DNA of 64,000 nt from the NCBI RefSeq assembly GCF_026210795.1, contig NC_089430.1:2480001-2544000 (forward strand). Direction: 5' to 3'. A program made the translations under genes and the position numbers. This document shows, piece by piece, positions 50,622 to 62,700 of the stretch (position 1 is the first letter of the stretch; each line of letters opens with the position of its first letter). The notes beneath the pieces are model-generated. The model did not search any database and was not told where the DNA came from. It saw only the letters and a program-made list of their open reading frames with translations. The DNA is from Rhizophagus irregularis (lineage: Eukaryota).

Positions 50622-53600
50622 TATTTGTTATGATTGGCAGAAGTGTTATTGATTTGGTAAAATTCTTCTGTAATGGATAACATAAATTCCATGCCAGCTT
50701 TTGACAAGGAAATAAGAGTAGAGTCATCCATAAATACTAGATTATTAATCTTCAAATCAGGAAAAGGATTTGAAGAATCAATTAAAGACGGTGTAGAAAG
50801 AACATAAGGGTCCATCATTTCTTTCTTCAAAACAGTAAGTAAGGGATCAATATAAATAACCCATGAGGAGATATAACTTCGCCTTGGTCATACCAATGCG
50901 AACCCTATAAGCAGGCGTAAATCCATGAGCAGTGAAAACGCGATTCATGGTATTTCGCGAAAAGAAAGGATAAACTTAACAGCGAGGCCTGAAGACATAT
51001 ACGTTCTAAGGCGAAACGTAACATTGTTAGATCAACTGAGTCAAAAGCTTTAGAGATATCTTGGGAAAGAATCCAAAGTGGGTTTTTGTTGACATCAGCG
51101 TCATAGATAATAGATTCTAGAGTAATAATAGGGTTACGGCAAGAACTACCAGGAAGACCAGCGAAGTTACCCCCTTTAAGGACATCATGTGAGGCCATAA
51201 TAGTAGAAAGGCAATTATAAAAAAGTTTGACAAGAGATTTTCTAATCACTTCAAGTAAAGTAATAGGACGAGTATTTTTTAATTGACATTTCCATTCGTG
51301 AGGCTTGGGAATGGGAAAAACCATTGCCTGTCACCATAAGTCGGGGATATCAGCTTTGGAAAGGCATGCTTGAATTAAAATGAGGAGCAAAGCCGAGGTA
51401 CGAGATCCGAGATGTTTGAGCATTTCATAGGTAATCATGGAAGGACCAGAGGCTTTACCGTTAGGAGTGGAAGAAACGGTGGATAACCATTCATCAAGGG
51501 TAGGGAATTCATTAAAGAATCATAGATGGAGGAGGACACATCATCCATAGGCTGATAGGCGGAAAACCATCTATCAGGTAATGTATCGATAGATACAGGG
51601 GGAGTGGATTTTATAGGTACAAAGTTTTGGAAATGGTTAACAACAGCATCATCTACGTCCTTAGGATCAGTTAACAACTGGGGTTGAGTAGGATGGTCGA
51701 TGAAGACACGGTCCAAGGTGATACGGCGACGGGTACGTGAGAGCGCTGAATCGATAAAGGAAGAAAGGTCAGTTTCAAAATTATTATTTCTATCGTCCAA
51801 GTGAGCACGGATGGAGGAGTCATGGAATTCTTTTTCTTGGAGTAAATGAAATCCCCGTAAGGATTTTGAAAGATTGGATAAATCATCAAGAAGTGACTTG
51901 AAATTGTCTTGTCAACATGATGAAAAAGAAAAGGGTAAAATAGGAATGAAAGTAAAAACTTTCTTGTATAATTGAAGGATGTTTTGAAGTCTATGCAAAT
52001 GTATAGACCACTTATGTTCATGAGCAACAGAATAAGTTGAAGGGTATTTGCGCAATAAACGTATCGAATGCATTAGACGATTTAAAAACCGATAATGTTG
52101 AGTTAAAATTTCCAGATCTTTAGGGACCTTAGAAGTATAATTGTTGCCAACAATAGAAGAAGGTAAAGTAGCGTTGGCAGCTTTGAGGATTCGTGATTGA
52201 AGATATTTGCACATTTGATTGATATGCCAGGAGGAAAAGGTTGAAGGCAGGACGTCACATAAAGCATCAGCTTTGTCAGCGAATTCCGTCCATTGAATAT
52301 CAGTAACAGAATCAAATTTGAAGACGCAACGGGTTTGGCGCTTAAGTTGTCGAGCACGAGCCAATTTGGTAGAGCATAAAGTAAAGACATATCATAGTAT
52401 GTGATGACAGGGTTATGATCAGATGTGCAAATATCTTGAGCATTAAAAATACAAGCAGTAAGAGCAAATCCTTTGAGAAGAGGGCGAGGACCATATAATC
52501 AACACGAGTAATGTGATCATTGCGATGAAAGGTACCTAAAGAGTCGGAAAGATTAATAGGTGTAAAGTCTTCATAGCCGTGAGAAAGGAGATGAAAAAGT
52601 AATCGGTGTATATGTTTTGAAGCAATTTGGGGTTGATTAAAATAAATAGGATAATATTTATCTAAATGCATATTGAAATCGCCACAAACAGCGTGATAAA
52701 AACCAGCTTGTTTAGTAAGGGTGAGTTGTTGAATAAGCAAATCAATAGTGTCGGAGCGCAAAACACTTTCAGCAGGAGGAGGGATATAAATAACAAAAAT
52801 ACGCAATTTAACATTGCCTTTGAAATATAAATCAACAGAAAGCAATCGTGAAGAATGGGATTTAAAATCTTGTACATGTGAAGCAAGAGAATTTTCTATA
52901 AAAAGGGAAACACCACCAGAAGAAAGAATTTGTTTAGAAGTATCCAAATTCGAAGAAAACACAGTATAATTAGAAAGACGTTTGGATAAAAACTTCATTT
53001 GTTTAGGGTGGAGATGAGTATCAACGATACCACCAAAGGAAATATGTTTTAAGGAAAAGAAAGAGGAAATTTCATCTAATTTGGTCTGACCATGCATTTT
53101 AAGGCCATTAACATTAAAAGAAGAAATATTAAATGAATTGGGGATAGGAGAAGTGTTACTAGAAGAAGAAAATAAGGATTCATGTGAAAAAATTTCAGTA
53201 ACATTATCAGGGTTGGGAGGGTTTCGTACAAAGGTGTCATAATTAAAATTATTGTCTGACATTAAAACACAATGATAAATACAGTCGGGAAGATAAAATT
53301 TGAAGAAGAAATTTAAACAGAAAAAGCTGAATCAGCTTGTTCCAGGGGAGCACCACCAATGGAGCTAATGAATTGTTTGATATGACCAGTGAGTTGGTCC
53401 AATTTACTTTCAATAACGACTCTACTATTTTTGAGATCGTTAATTTCTTCTTGCGTGGAGGAGACAGGGGTAAAAGAAGGAGCATTTGGGGAAGGTGAGA
53501 AGGAGGAAGCGACGTGTTAGGAACAAGAATAGTAGGAGGCGGAGGTCGCGTTAAAATACTTCTGGGGGGTAAAGGAAATTTAGCGGAAGGACTGAATATT

Positions 53601-54513
53601 AAAAAGCGAACGTGGATACAGGGGCATCTTCTTGCATGAGATCCAAGTCAGGCTCATTAGGTGTAGGAAGCGGATCAAGGCCAAGGTGTGATTCGATGCG
53701 GGTCATCCGATGGTCAGCAAGTTCAAGAGCGGAAATGCGTTTGTGGAAATTAGCAACTTCGCATTGCAGTTCGCGCAAGAGGTTTAAAATATTATTAGCA
53801 TCATCAGGAGATAATGCAGAATTGGGAGTTTGTCGGGGCAAAGGACGTGCTGTAGAACGGGAGGAGGAAGAAAAGGAGACTGATCGTTCTTTGCTATTAC
53901 GCCAAGCACGTTGGGAAGCGTTAAAATTTGGTATGTTATGATTTTTATCATGATTAGTGCGGTCATGGGAAATATTATTATCACGTCCAGAATTGGAAGC
54001 AGATCGATCTTTAGATTTAGAGCGAGATCGGGAGCGAGATCGTGCATTGGCAGTATTAGAATTGGAGCGGCGAGGTTGATTGACATTAAATCGTTCTTTG
54101 AGTTTTGCAACAGGGTCGCGAGTGCGACTTCTACCTCTGGTTTGTTTGAGTAATCAAAAATTCGGAGCGCAACCTAATTTGCCAGCATCTGTGACAAAGT
54201 TTATTAGTATTATCTGAGGAGGACCAGAAAAGTACCTTGCTTTGGAAGCTGACAGTTTGTTCCATAGCAGCATCCATGGTCTCTTGGGAATTGAAAGTGA
54301 CATAAGCCCATCTTTTGGGTTTGTAAGAATTTAGAAAGTGGCACATTAACAGCTTTAGTGCCGAGGTTACGAGTAAGAGGAGCCAAGTTGATATCCTTAA
54401 CATTAGGAGGAAGCTGAGTGAGAGTGGCGACGTATTGACGGCACGCAGCCTTTTGATCCACAGTATAAAAACATGGAGTAATTCTGAGGCAGGTGGAGAA
54501 ACAGTACACAGCC

Positions 54514-56063
54514 AGGACTCCGGATATCTCCAAAACAGGTCATAAGTCACACTTTCGGGTAAACATAGCTTGAGCTTGAATTTTATTAATTAATGCCGAA
54601 GTGACTTTAGAGAAACACAGAGTGATCTAAAAAGCACCACAACAAGTGCAGAACTAATAGAAAAACAAAGAACAAATAATCTTCCAAAATTACATATAAG
54701 AAAAGCTAAGATTAAAAACCCCACTCTCTCTATATAAATAACTACGGCTACTCCCCCCAAATATATTTCAAAATGAGTAAAGTCGACTATACTATACGTA
54801 ACCCATCCAGCGCCATACCCACTCCTAGAATCGGTAAAGAACCTCCAAGCTACCATTAGCACTAGCAAAAACGCATAAAATTCAACTTCCCCTATTTGAC
54901 TACATACTATGGATAACAAACCTATTTCACAAAGACCTCTGGGAACTTTTTAGTATCGTGCAGTCCAGCCGATGGGGAACTTTTTAGTGTCGTGCAATCC
55001 CCGAAGGGACACTCACCTCATTGCGAACAATCCCAAACGGAGGACACCCACCTCATTGCGAACGATCCTTCGACCTAAGATCTACCTAGATAAGTCAATC
55101 CAATGATAGTCCAACATGTGACCACCATGATCAGCATACTATAAAAACTGCGGTACCCAACCTGTCACCCTCCTTATCACCCGAATGATGATCGATTTTG
55201 AAAATTGTAACACCAAGCCACCATGACGATCAAATTTTCCAGTATCCCCCCACCCCCCAAAGAAAATAAGGTTACACAGAAAAAAGCGACCAAGAAAAAC
55301 AAAAAGCAAAAAATAAAGACATAAACCTCAGGAAAACTCGAAGTGCAATGAGAAAAACCTGAGTAAAATTCACCAAACATACACCTCAACTCCGTCTCCT
55401 TATTTTAGAAGACTAACTCCCCAGTTAACAACATCAACTAGTAAGAAATACGTTGGTCAGGAGCTCCTTCCAAGAAATACCAGTCCGGCCTGCGAACCAC
55501 TTGGCCAGTTAGACTTTAAAGGCGTAGGAACCAAGACGCACTACTTTTCAACCTTTCAGAAAGCCCAGGGAAACATTCGTATGGAACTGCCATCTTACAG
55601 TATTATTGGTAACTCCAAGACTCATGATAACGGTCCTAACTCAATATAAGCTGTAAGGAGTTCGGGCGAAACTAAAGACCACTTTATATAATGTCAAAAA
55701 GTCCTTTTACTATCACTCAAGGCAAAAAATCCTCATATTTTTCATCCATAACTTCATGGGAAAAAATGGGCAGAGCCCAACGGGGGAGAAAGTACGATCA
55801 TCATCAAGTCACACTTTCGGCAGATTGGCCCATTTTCGGGGGAACAAAAATCGTTTTTTGTAAATATCTCGGCATCCAGTGATCCAATTTTGATGAACGT
55901 TTTTTTAAATTGTAGAGCTAAATGAGGGCTACAAAATAAAAAAAAGTTCATTAAAATTGAATTACTGGATGCTGAGATATTTACAAAAAACGATTTTTTC
56001 AGGCAAAGGGGTGTTTTTGGCCAAAAGTCCATTATGACCTTTATATTAGATATCCGGGGTCCT
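54514..56063. mobile_element. ~290-bp long-TIR (Mutator-like) MITE, expanded by a nested insertion
   Basis: AGGACTCCGGATATCT..AGGTCATAA / TTATGACCT..AGATATCCGGGGTCCT; TSD ACACAGCC (8 bp, 9 if the T is counted) at 54506-54513 and 56064-56071, single in copy C; internal palindrome ~55845-56000. Confidence 0.85.
54559..55805 (-). mobile_element. 1247-bp probable 5'-truncated non-LTR retro-insertion within the MITE TIR
   Basis: 15-bp direct repeat AAGTCACACTTTCGG at 54544-54558 and 55806-55820; no TIRs; minus strand T-rich, ends AATAAA..AAGCTATGTTTAC. Confidence 0.75.
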
Positions 56064-57125
56064 ACACAGCCCATTGGTCGGTAAAACAAGCAATTGAATC
56101 GGCGTGATCATACACAATACGGGCTTGCTGGACTTTGGCATTAGGCCTGGAGAAGAGGCGGCAAGAGGTGATATTACCAAATTTTTTAAAATAAGCCATG
56201 AGGTTGTCTTTTTTAATGAAGAAAGGGATATCGGTAACTTGGATAGCCTGGAGATCTTCATTGGATCAGAGTTGGCGAGGGTCATGTGCATAAAAGATTA
56301 AGTCAGGGAACTCAGAATGAGTGGAACCAACGCACAAATCGCGTGCTTCAGCGGTATGGAAGTGGATAATGAGGCGTTTGGCTTCACCAGAGTCAGTCAT
56401 ACGCGCTTTTCCAGTAAATGACTCGTAAGTTTCTAAAAAAAGGTTATTAACAGCCTCAATAAGGGCTTTATTGGTAGGGAATTTCTTAAGAGATTCAGGG
56501 GCGGCATTCGGCGCAGCTGCAGCCTGAAAATTGTCTCTGGAGGTCGTAGGCGGGTCGCCGCTGGATCTGGAGTTTGATCGTCATCTGGAGCACCATTGGT
56601 ATCCAAATTGGGTGACGCGTTAGGGGGTTGTTGCAAGTCTTTGTTTGAAGGTGCATGCATGGACGCGTCCACATTTCTAGAAGACGCGACGTGACTGGGC
56701 GCAGTTGGCGCAGCAGATTTGTTCGGGGAGGAGGTCAAAGTATTTTCGCCAGAGATATTTTGTTGAGGAGAAGAGGAAGGTCCATCTACTCCAACGTCAG
56801 CCGTCTGGTCGTCGGCAACGTAGTCTTCTTCCATAGAATTTTCGGTAATCGTATGATTACGTTTCTGCTGGACAGTGTTTTCACCATCAGAGCTTGAATT
56901 ATCAGAGTTGTTATTTAATTTTCGTTCTTGATGGGAAGTTTCCTACTGTTAGGGTTATGACTTCCACAGCCTCTCTTGGCATAGTTACCAGACATAGTAG
57001 AGGGCTTTGAGTTGGGAATATATAAAATATAAATTTTTATTAGTAGTTTGTATTATTTTTTAAAAATAATAAAAAATTATTTTCGTCGGAAATTTTCGTT
57101 TTTGAAAAATTCAGGAGAGAGTTAC

Positions 57126-57420
57126 TACTGGTCAAAAACTAATATATCGGGTAGCAGATATGTATTAGATATGTACCTGATATGTGTAGTATTAATGCTG
57201 AAAATCGGGTACCCGTTATGTGTAAGATATGTGTAAATATATATATCGTTTACATATTATTTACATATCATATACATATCGGTACCTGATATGTATATGA
57301 TATATATATTTACACATATCTTACACATATCGGGTACCCGATTTTCAGCATTAATACTACATATATCAGGTACATATCTGATACATATCTGCTACCCGAT
57401 ATATTAGTTTTTGACCGATA
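57126..57420. mobile_element. 295-bp palindromic MITE, the apparent LINE target
   Basis: ~120-bp arms starting TACTGGTCAAAAACTAATATATCGGGTAGCAGATATG with about 5 mismatches; right end reads TAGTTTTTGACCGATA. Confidence 0.9.
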
Positions 57421-57549
57421 AAAAACTCTCTCCTGAATTTTTCAAAAACAAAAATTTCGACGAAAATAATTTTTTATTATTTTTAAAAATAATACAAAGA
57501 AATTTTACCAATAAAAATTTTATATTTTATATATTGCCCAAATACTATA

Positions 57550-59653
57550 ATGATGCAGTAATATGCCAGAGAAGGCCGTGAGCGCAACCCTGAATAGTAG
57601 GAAAGCTTCCCGACGAAACCGAAAAATAATAACTCTGATAGCTCGGGACTCGATGGGTGGAAAACGCTGTCCCGTAAACGCTAAAAATCAATCGTATATG
57701 ATTACCGAAAATTATGGAATGGAAGAGACTACGTTGCCGATGATCAGACGGCTGGACGTTAGAGCAGATGGACTCTCTTCCACCCTCATAACAAGGCTCT
57801 CTGGCGAATGCTGACCTCCTCCCGAGGGTCTGCTGCTTGACTGCGCCCCGTGGCGTCCGCGTGCTGGAAAATGTGGACGCGTCCCGCATGTCGTCACGCC
57901 TTTAAACAAGGCTTGCAACAGCTTTTCGCAGCAATGGTCTTCCAGATGGCAATTACGAACTCAGATCCAGGTGGTGACCCTCGCCGCCCCATAGCCAGAG
58001 ATGATTTTCAGGCTGCGGCTGCGCCGAATACTGCCCTAGAATCCGCCCTTAGAAATTTCCTACGATAAAGGCACTTATTGAAGCTGTTAATAACCTTTTT
58101 TTAGAAACTTACGAGTCCTTTACTGGAAAGCACGTATGACTGGCTCTGGAAAAGCCAAACGCCTCGTTATCACTTCCATACCGCTGAAGCACGCGATTTG
58201 TGCATTGGTTACTCGCGCAGTTACGGCTGTCTTTCGTCTGCACATGACTCCGCCAACTCCGATCCAATAAAGATCTCCGGGCTATCCAAGTTACCGATAT
58301 CCCTTTCTTCATTAAAAAAGACAACCTCATGGCTTATTTTAAAAAATTTGGTAATATCACCTCTTGCCGCCTTTCTTTTCCAAGGCCTAATGCCAAAGTT
58401 CAGCAAGCCCGCATTGTGTATGATCACGCCGATTCAATCGCTCGTTTTACCGACCAATGGGCTGTGTACTGTTTTTCCACCTGCCTCAGAATCACTCCAT
58501 GTTCTTATACTGTGGATCAAAAGGCTGCGCGCCGTCAATACGTTGCCACCCTTACCCAACTTCCCCCCAATGTTAAGGATATCAATTTGGCTCCCCTTAC
58601 TCGTAGCTCGGCGCTAAAGCTGTCAATGTACCGCTTTCTCAAGCTCTTACAAGCCCAAAAGATGGGCTTATGTCACTTTCATTAAGAAATGGACGCCTTT
58701 GCTATGGAGCAGCTATCGGCTCAAGGAAAGGTACTTTTCTGGTCCTCCCCAGATAATACCAATAAACTTTGTCACAGATGTGGCAAATTAGGTTGCGCTC
58801 CAAATTTTTGCCCACTAAAACAAACCAGAGGTAGAAGTCGCACTCGTGACCCCGTAGCAAAACTCAAAGAACGATTTAATGTCAATCAACCTCGCCGCCC
58901 CGATTCTAATGCTGCTAGTACACGTTCTCGCTCCCGATCTCACTCAAAATCCAAAGATCGATCTACTCATGATTCTGGACGTGCTAATAATAATAACAGT
59001 TCTCATGACCGCAATAATAATGTTAATAATCATAACATACATAATCCCAATACCTCCCAACGTGCCCGGCATAATAGTAAAGAACGATCGGTCTCTTTTT
59101 CTTCCTCTTCTCGTTCTACCGCTCGTCCCTTGCCCCGACAAACTCCTAATTCTGCATTATCTTCTGATGATGCTAACAATATTTTAAACCTCTTACGCGA
59201 ATTGCAATGTGAAGTTGCTAATTTTCGCAAACGCATTTCCGCTCTTGAACTTGCTGACCAACGGATGACTCGTATTGAATCACACCTTGGCCTTGATCCG
59301 CTTTCTAGTCCTAATGAATCTGACTTGGATCTCATGCAAGAGGATGCCCCTGTATCCCATGTTCCGCTTAACATTCAGCCTTCCACTACATCTCCCTTAC
59401 CTCCCAGAAGTATTTTATCGCGACCTCCGCCTCCTACTATTCTTGTTCCCAACACGTCGCTTCCCCCTTCTCACCTCTCCCCCAACGCTCCTCCTTTTAC
59501 CCCTATCTCCTCCACGCAAGAAGAAATTAACGATCTCAAAAATAGTAGAGTCGTTATTGAAAGTAAATTGGACCAACTTACTGGTCATATCAAACAATTC
59601 ATTAGCTCCATTGGTGGTGCTCCCTGGAACAAGCTGATTCAGCTTCTGTTTAA
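57550..59653 (+). CDS. LINE ORF1 (RRM-like regions, zinc knuckle, RS-rich, coiled coil, Pro-rich); frameshifted as assembled
   Basis: MAYFKKFGNITSC, YVATLTQLPPNV, CHRCGKLGCAPNFC, TRSRSRSHSKS, LLRELQCEVANFRKRISALE; ends reconstructed from copy B. Confidence 0.75.
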
Positions 59654-59704
59654 TATTTCTTCTTCAAATCTTATCTCCCCGACTATTTTTATCATTGTGT
59701 TTTA

Positions 59705-62700
59705 ATGTCGACAATAATTTTAATTATGACACCTTTGTACGAAACCCTCCCAACCCCGATAACGTTACTGAACTTTTTGCTACATGAATCATTATTTTCT
59801 TCTCCTAGTAACACTTCTCCTATCCCCAATTCATTTAATATTTCCTATTTTAATGTCAATGGCCTTAAAATGTATGGTCAGACTAAATTAGAAGAGATTT
59901 CTACCTTCTTTTCTCTAAAACATATTTCCTTTGGCGGTATTGTTGATACTCATATCCACCCTAAACAAATGAAGTTTTTATCCAAACGACTTTCTAATTA
60001 TACTGTGTTTTCTTCGAATTTGGATACTTCTAAACAAATTCTTTCTTCTGGTGGTGTTTCCCTATTTATAGAAAATTCTCTTGCATCACATGTACAAGAT
60101 TTTAAATCCCATTCTTCACGACTGCTTTCTGTTGATTTATATTTCAAAGGCAATGTTAAATTGCGTATATTTGTTATTTACATCCCTCCCCCTGCTGAAA
60201 GTGTTCTGCGCACTGACACTATTGATTTGCTTATTCAACAACTTATCCTTACTAAACAAGCTGGTTTTTATCATGCTGTTTGTGGCGATTTTAACATGCA
60301 TTTAGATAAATATTATCCTATTTATTTTAATCAACCCCAAATTGCTTCAAAACATATACACCGATTACTTTTTCATCTCCTTTCTCATGGTTATGAAGAT
60401 TTTACACCTATTAATCTTTCCGACTCTTTAGGTACCTTTCAACGCAATGACTACATTACTCGTGTTGATTATGTATGGTCCTGCCCTCTCCTCAAAGGAT
60501 TTGCTCTTACTGCTTGTATTTTTAATGCTCAAGACATCTGCACATCTGATCACAACCCTGTCATCACATATTATGATATGTCTTTACTTTTTGCCTCTAC
60601 CAAATTGGCTCGCGCTCGTCAACTTAAGCGCCAAACCCGCCGCGTTTTCAAATTTGATTCTGTAACTGATACTCAATGGACGGAATTTGCTGACAAAGCT
60701 GATGCCTTATGTGATGTTTCACCATCAACCTTTTCCTCCTGGCATATCAATCAGATGTGCGAATATCTTCAATCGCGAATCCTTAAATCCGCCAACGCTA
60801 CTTTACTTTCTTCTACTGTTGGCAATACTTATACTCCTAAGGTTCCTAAAGAACTGGAAACTTTAACTCAAAATTATCGGTTTTTAAATCGCCTAATGCA
60901 TTCGATACGTCTATTGCGCAAATATCCTTTAACTTATTCTGCTGCTCATGAACATAAGTGGTCTATGCATTTGCATCGACTTCAAAACATTCTTTTATTA
61001 TATAAGAAAGTTTTTACTTTCATTCCTATTCTGCCCTTTTCTCTTTCATCATGTCGACAAGATAATTTCAAGTCACTTCTTGATGATTTATCCAATATTT
61101 CAAAATCCTTACGGGGATTTCATTTACTTCAAGAAAAAGAATTCCAAGACTCCTCCATCCGTGCTCACTTGGACGATAGAAATAATAATTTTGAAACTGA
61201 CCTTTCATTCTTTATTGATTCAGCGCTTTCTCGCACCCGTCGCCGTATCACTTTGGACCGTGTCTTCATTGATCATCCTTCTCAGCCTCAGTTGTTAACT
61301 GCTCCTAAGGACATAGATGATGCTGTTGTTAACCATTTCCAAAACTTTGTACCTATAAAGTCCACTCCTCCTGTATCTATTGATACACTACCTGATAGAT
61401 GGTCTTCTGCCTATCAACCTATGGATGATGTGTCCTCCTCCATCTATGATTCTTTAATGAATCCCCTACCCTTGATGAATGGTTATCCACCGTTTCTTCT
61501 ACTCCTAACGGCAAAGCCTCTGGTCCTTCCATGATTACCTATGAAATGCTCAAACATCTCGGATCTCGTACCTCGGCTTTACTCCTCATTTTGATTCAAT
61601 CATGCCTTTCCAAAGCTGATATTCCTGACTTATGGCGACAAGCAATGGTTTTTCCCATTCCCAAGCCTCACGAATGGAAGTGTCAATTAAAAAATACTCG
61701 CCCTATTACCCTACTCGAAGTGATTAGGAAATCTCTTGTCAAACTTTTTTATAATCGCCTTTCTACCATCATGGCTTCACATGATGTCCTTAAAGGTGGT
61801 AACTTCGCTGGTCTTCCTGGAGGTTCTTGCCGCGACCCTATTATTACTTTAGAATCTATTATCCATGATGCTGATATCAACAAAAACCCGCTTTGGATTC
61901 TTTCCCAAGATATTTTTAAAGCTTTTGATTCAGTTGATCTAACGATGTTACGTTTCGCTTTAGAACGTATACGTCTTCCAGCCTCCGCTGTTAAGTTCAT
62001 CCTTTCACTTTTTATGAAACGCACTAATCGCGTTCTCACTGCTCATGGATCTACGCCTGCCTATAGGGTTCGCATTGGTATTGACCAAGGCGAAGTTATC
62101 TCTCCTCTTTTATGGGTTATTTATATTGATCCCTTACTTACTGTTTTAAAGAATGAGATGATGGACCCTTATGTTCTTTCTACACCGTCTTTAATTGATT
62201 CTTCAAGTCCTTCTCTTGATTTGAAGATTAATAATTTAGTATTTATGGATGATTCTACTCTTATTTCCTCGTCAAAAGCTGGCATGGAATTTATGCTATC
62301 CATTACTGAAGAATTTTATCAGATCAATAACACTTCCGCCAATCATAACAAATATGTGTTAATTACTAATTCGTTGCCTTTGACTTCGAATTCCGTTATA
62401 TCCCCTATTACTTTTAATTTGGATTTATCCTCTTTAAATAGTGTTCCTTCCATTATTATTACCCCAATTTCCATGACAACTTCTTTTCGATTTTTAGGTG
62501 TCTGGTTCAACATTAAAAGCTCCTGGGATTTTGTCAAAAAGCAACTCAAACGTGAATGCTGCTTTTTCGCTGCGACTATTCGCCCCGCAAAGCTCTCTTC
62601 CAAACAAGTTGTGTATTTACACAATGCCGTTCTTATACCGAAACTTGAATACCGGATGCAAGTTACTCACTTATCTGAATCTGACTGTCACCTAATAACG

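Larger units (their letters stand above)
48382..53262 (-). pseudogene. Disrupted ORF2 (APE + RT) of LINE copy B
   Basis: FNVNGL, CGDFN, TRVDY, SDHNP, QDISKAFD, VFMDD, FRFLGVW; frameshifts and Tc1 insertion. Confidence 0.9.
53310..56995 (-). pseudogene. Disrupted ORF1 of LINE copy B
   Basis: ATG at 56995; homologous to ORF1 of copy C; interrupted by 54514-56063. Confidence 0.85.
48382..57123 (-). mobile_element. LINE copy B: intact 5' end, 3'-truncated, with nested Tc1 and MITE insertions
   Basis: Reverse complement is colinear with copy C (5' UTR ACTCTCTCCTGAATTTTTC, ORF1, APE, RT) up to GRTPYWY. Confidence 0.95.

Noticed and set aside
57126..57420. DIRS or Penelope-type terminal repeats for the retroelement
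   Set aside because: No tyrosine recombinase or GIY-YIG domain; APE-RT-RNase H organisation is a LINE and the palindrome lies outside the shared 5' UTR
59650..59710. TAATG stop-start coupling of ORF1 and ORF2
   Set aside because: Copy B has an extra C in GCTCCCCTGGAA; restoring it ends ORF1 at ~59653 (EQADSASV*), so the overlap is probably an indel artefact
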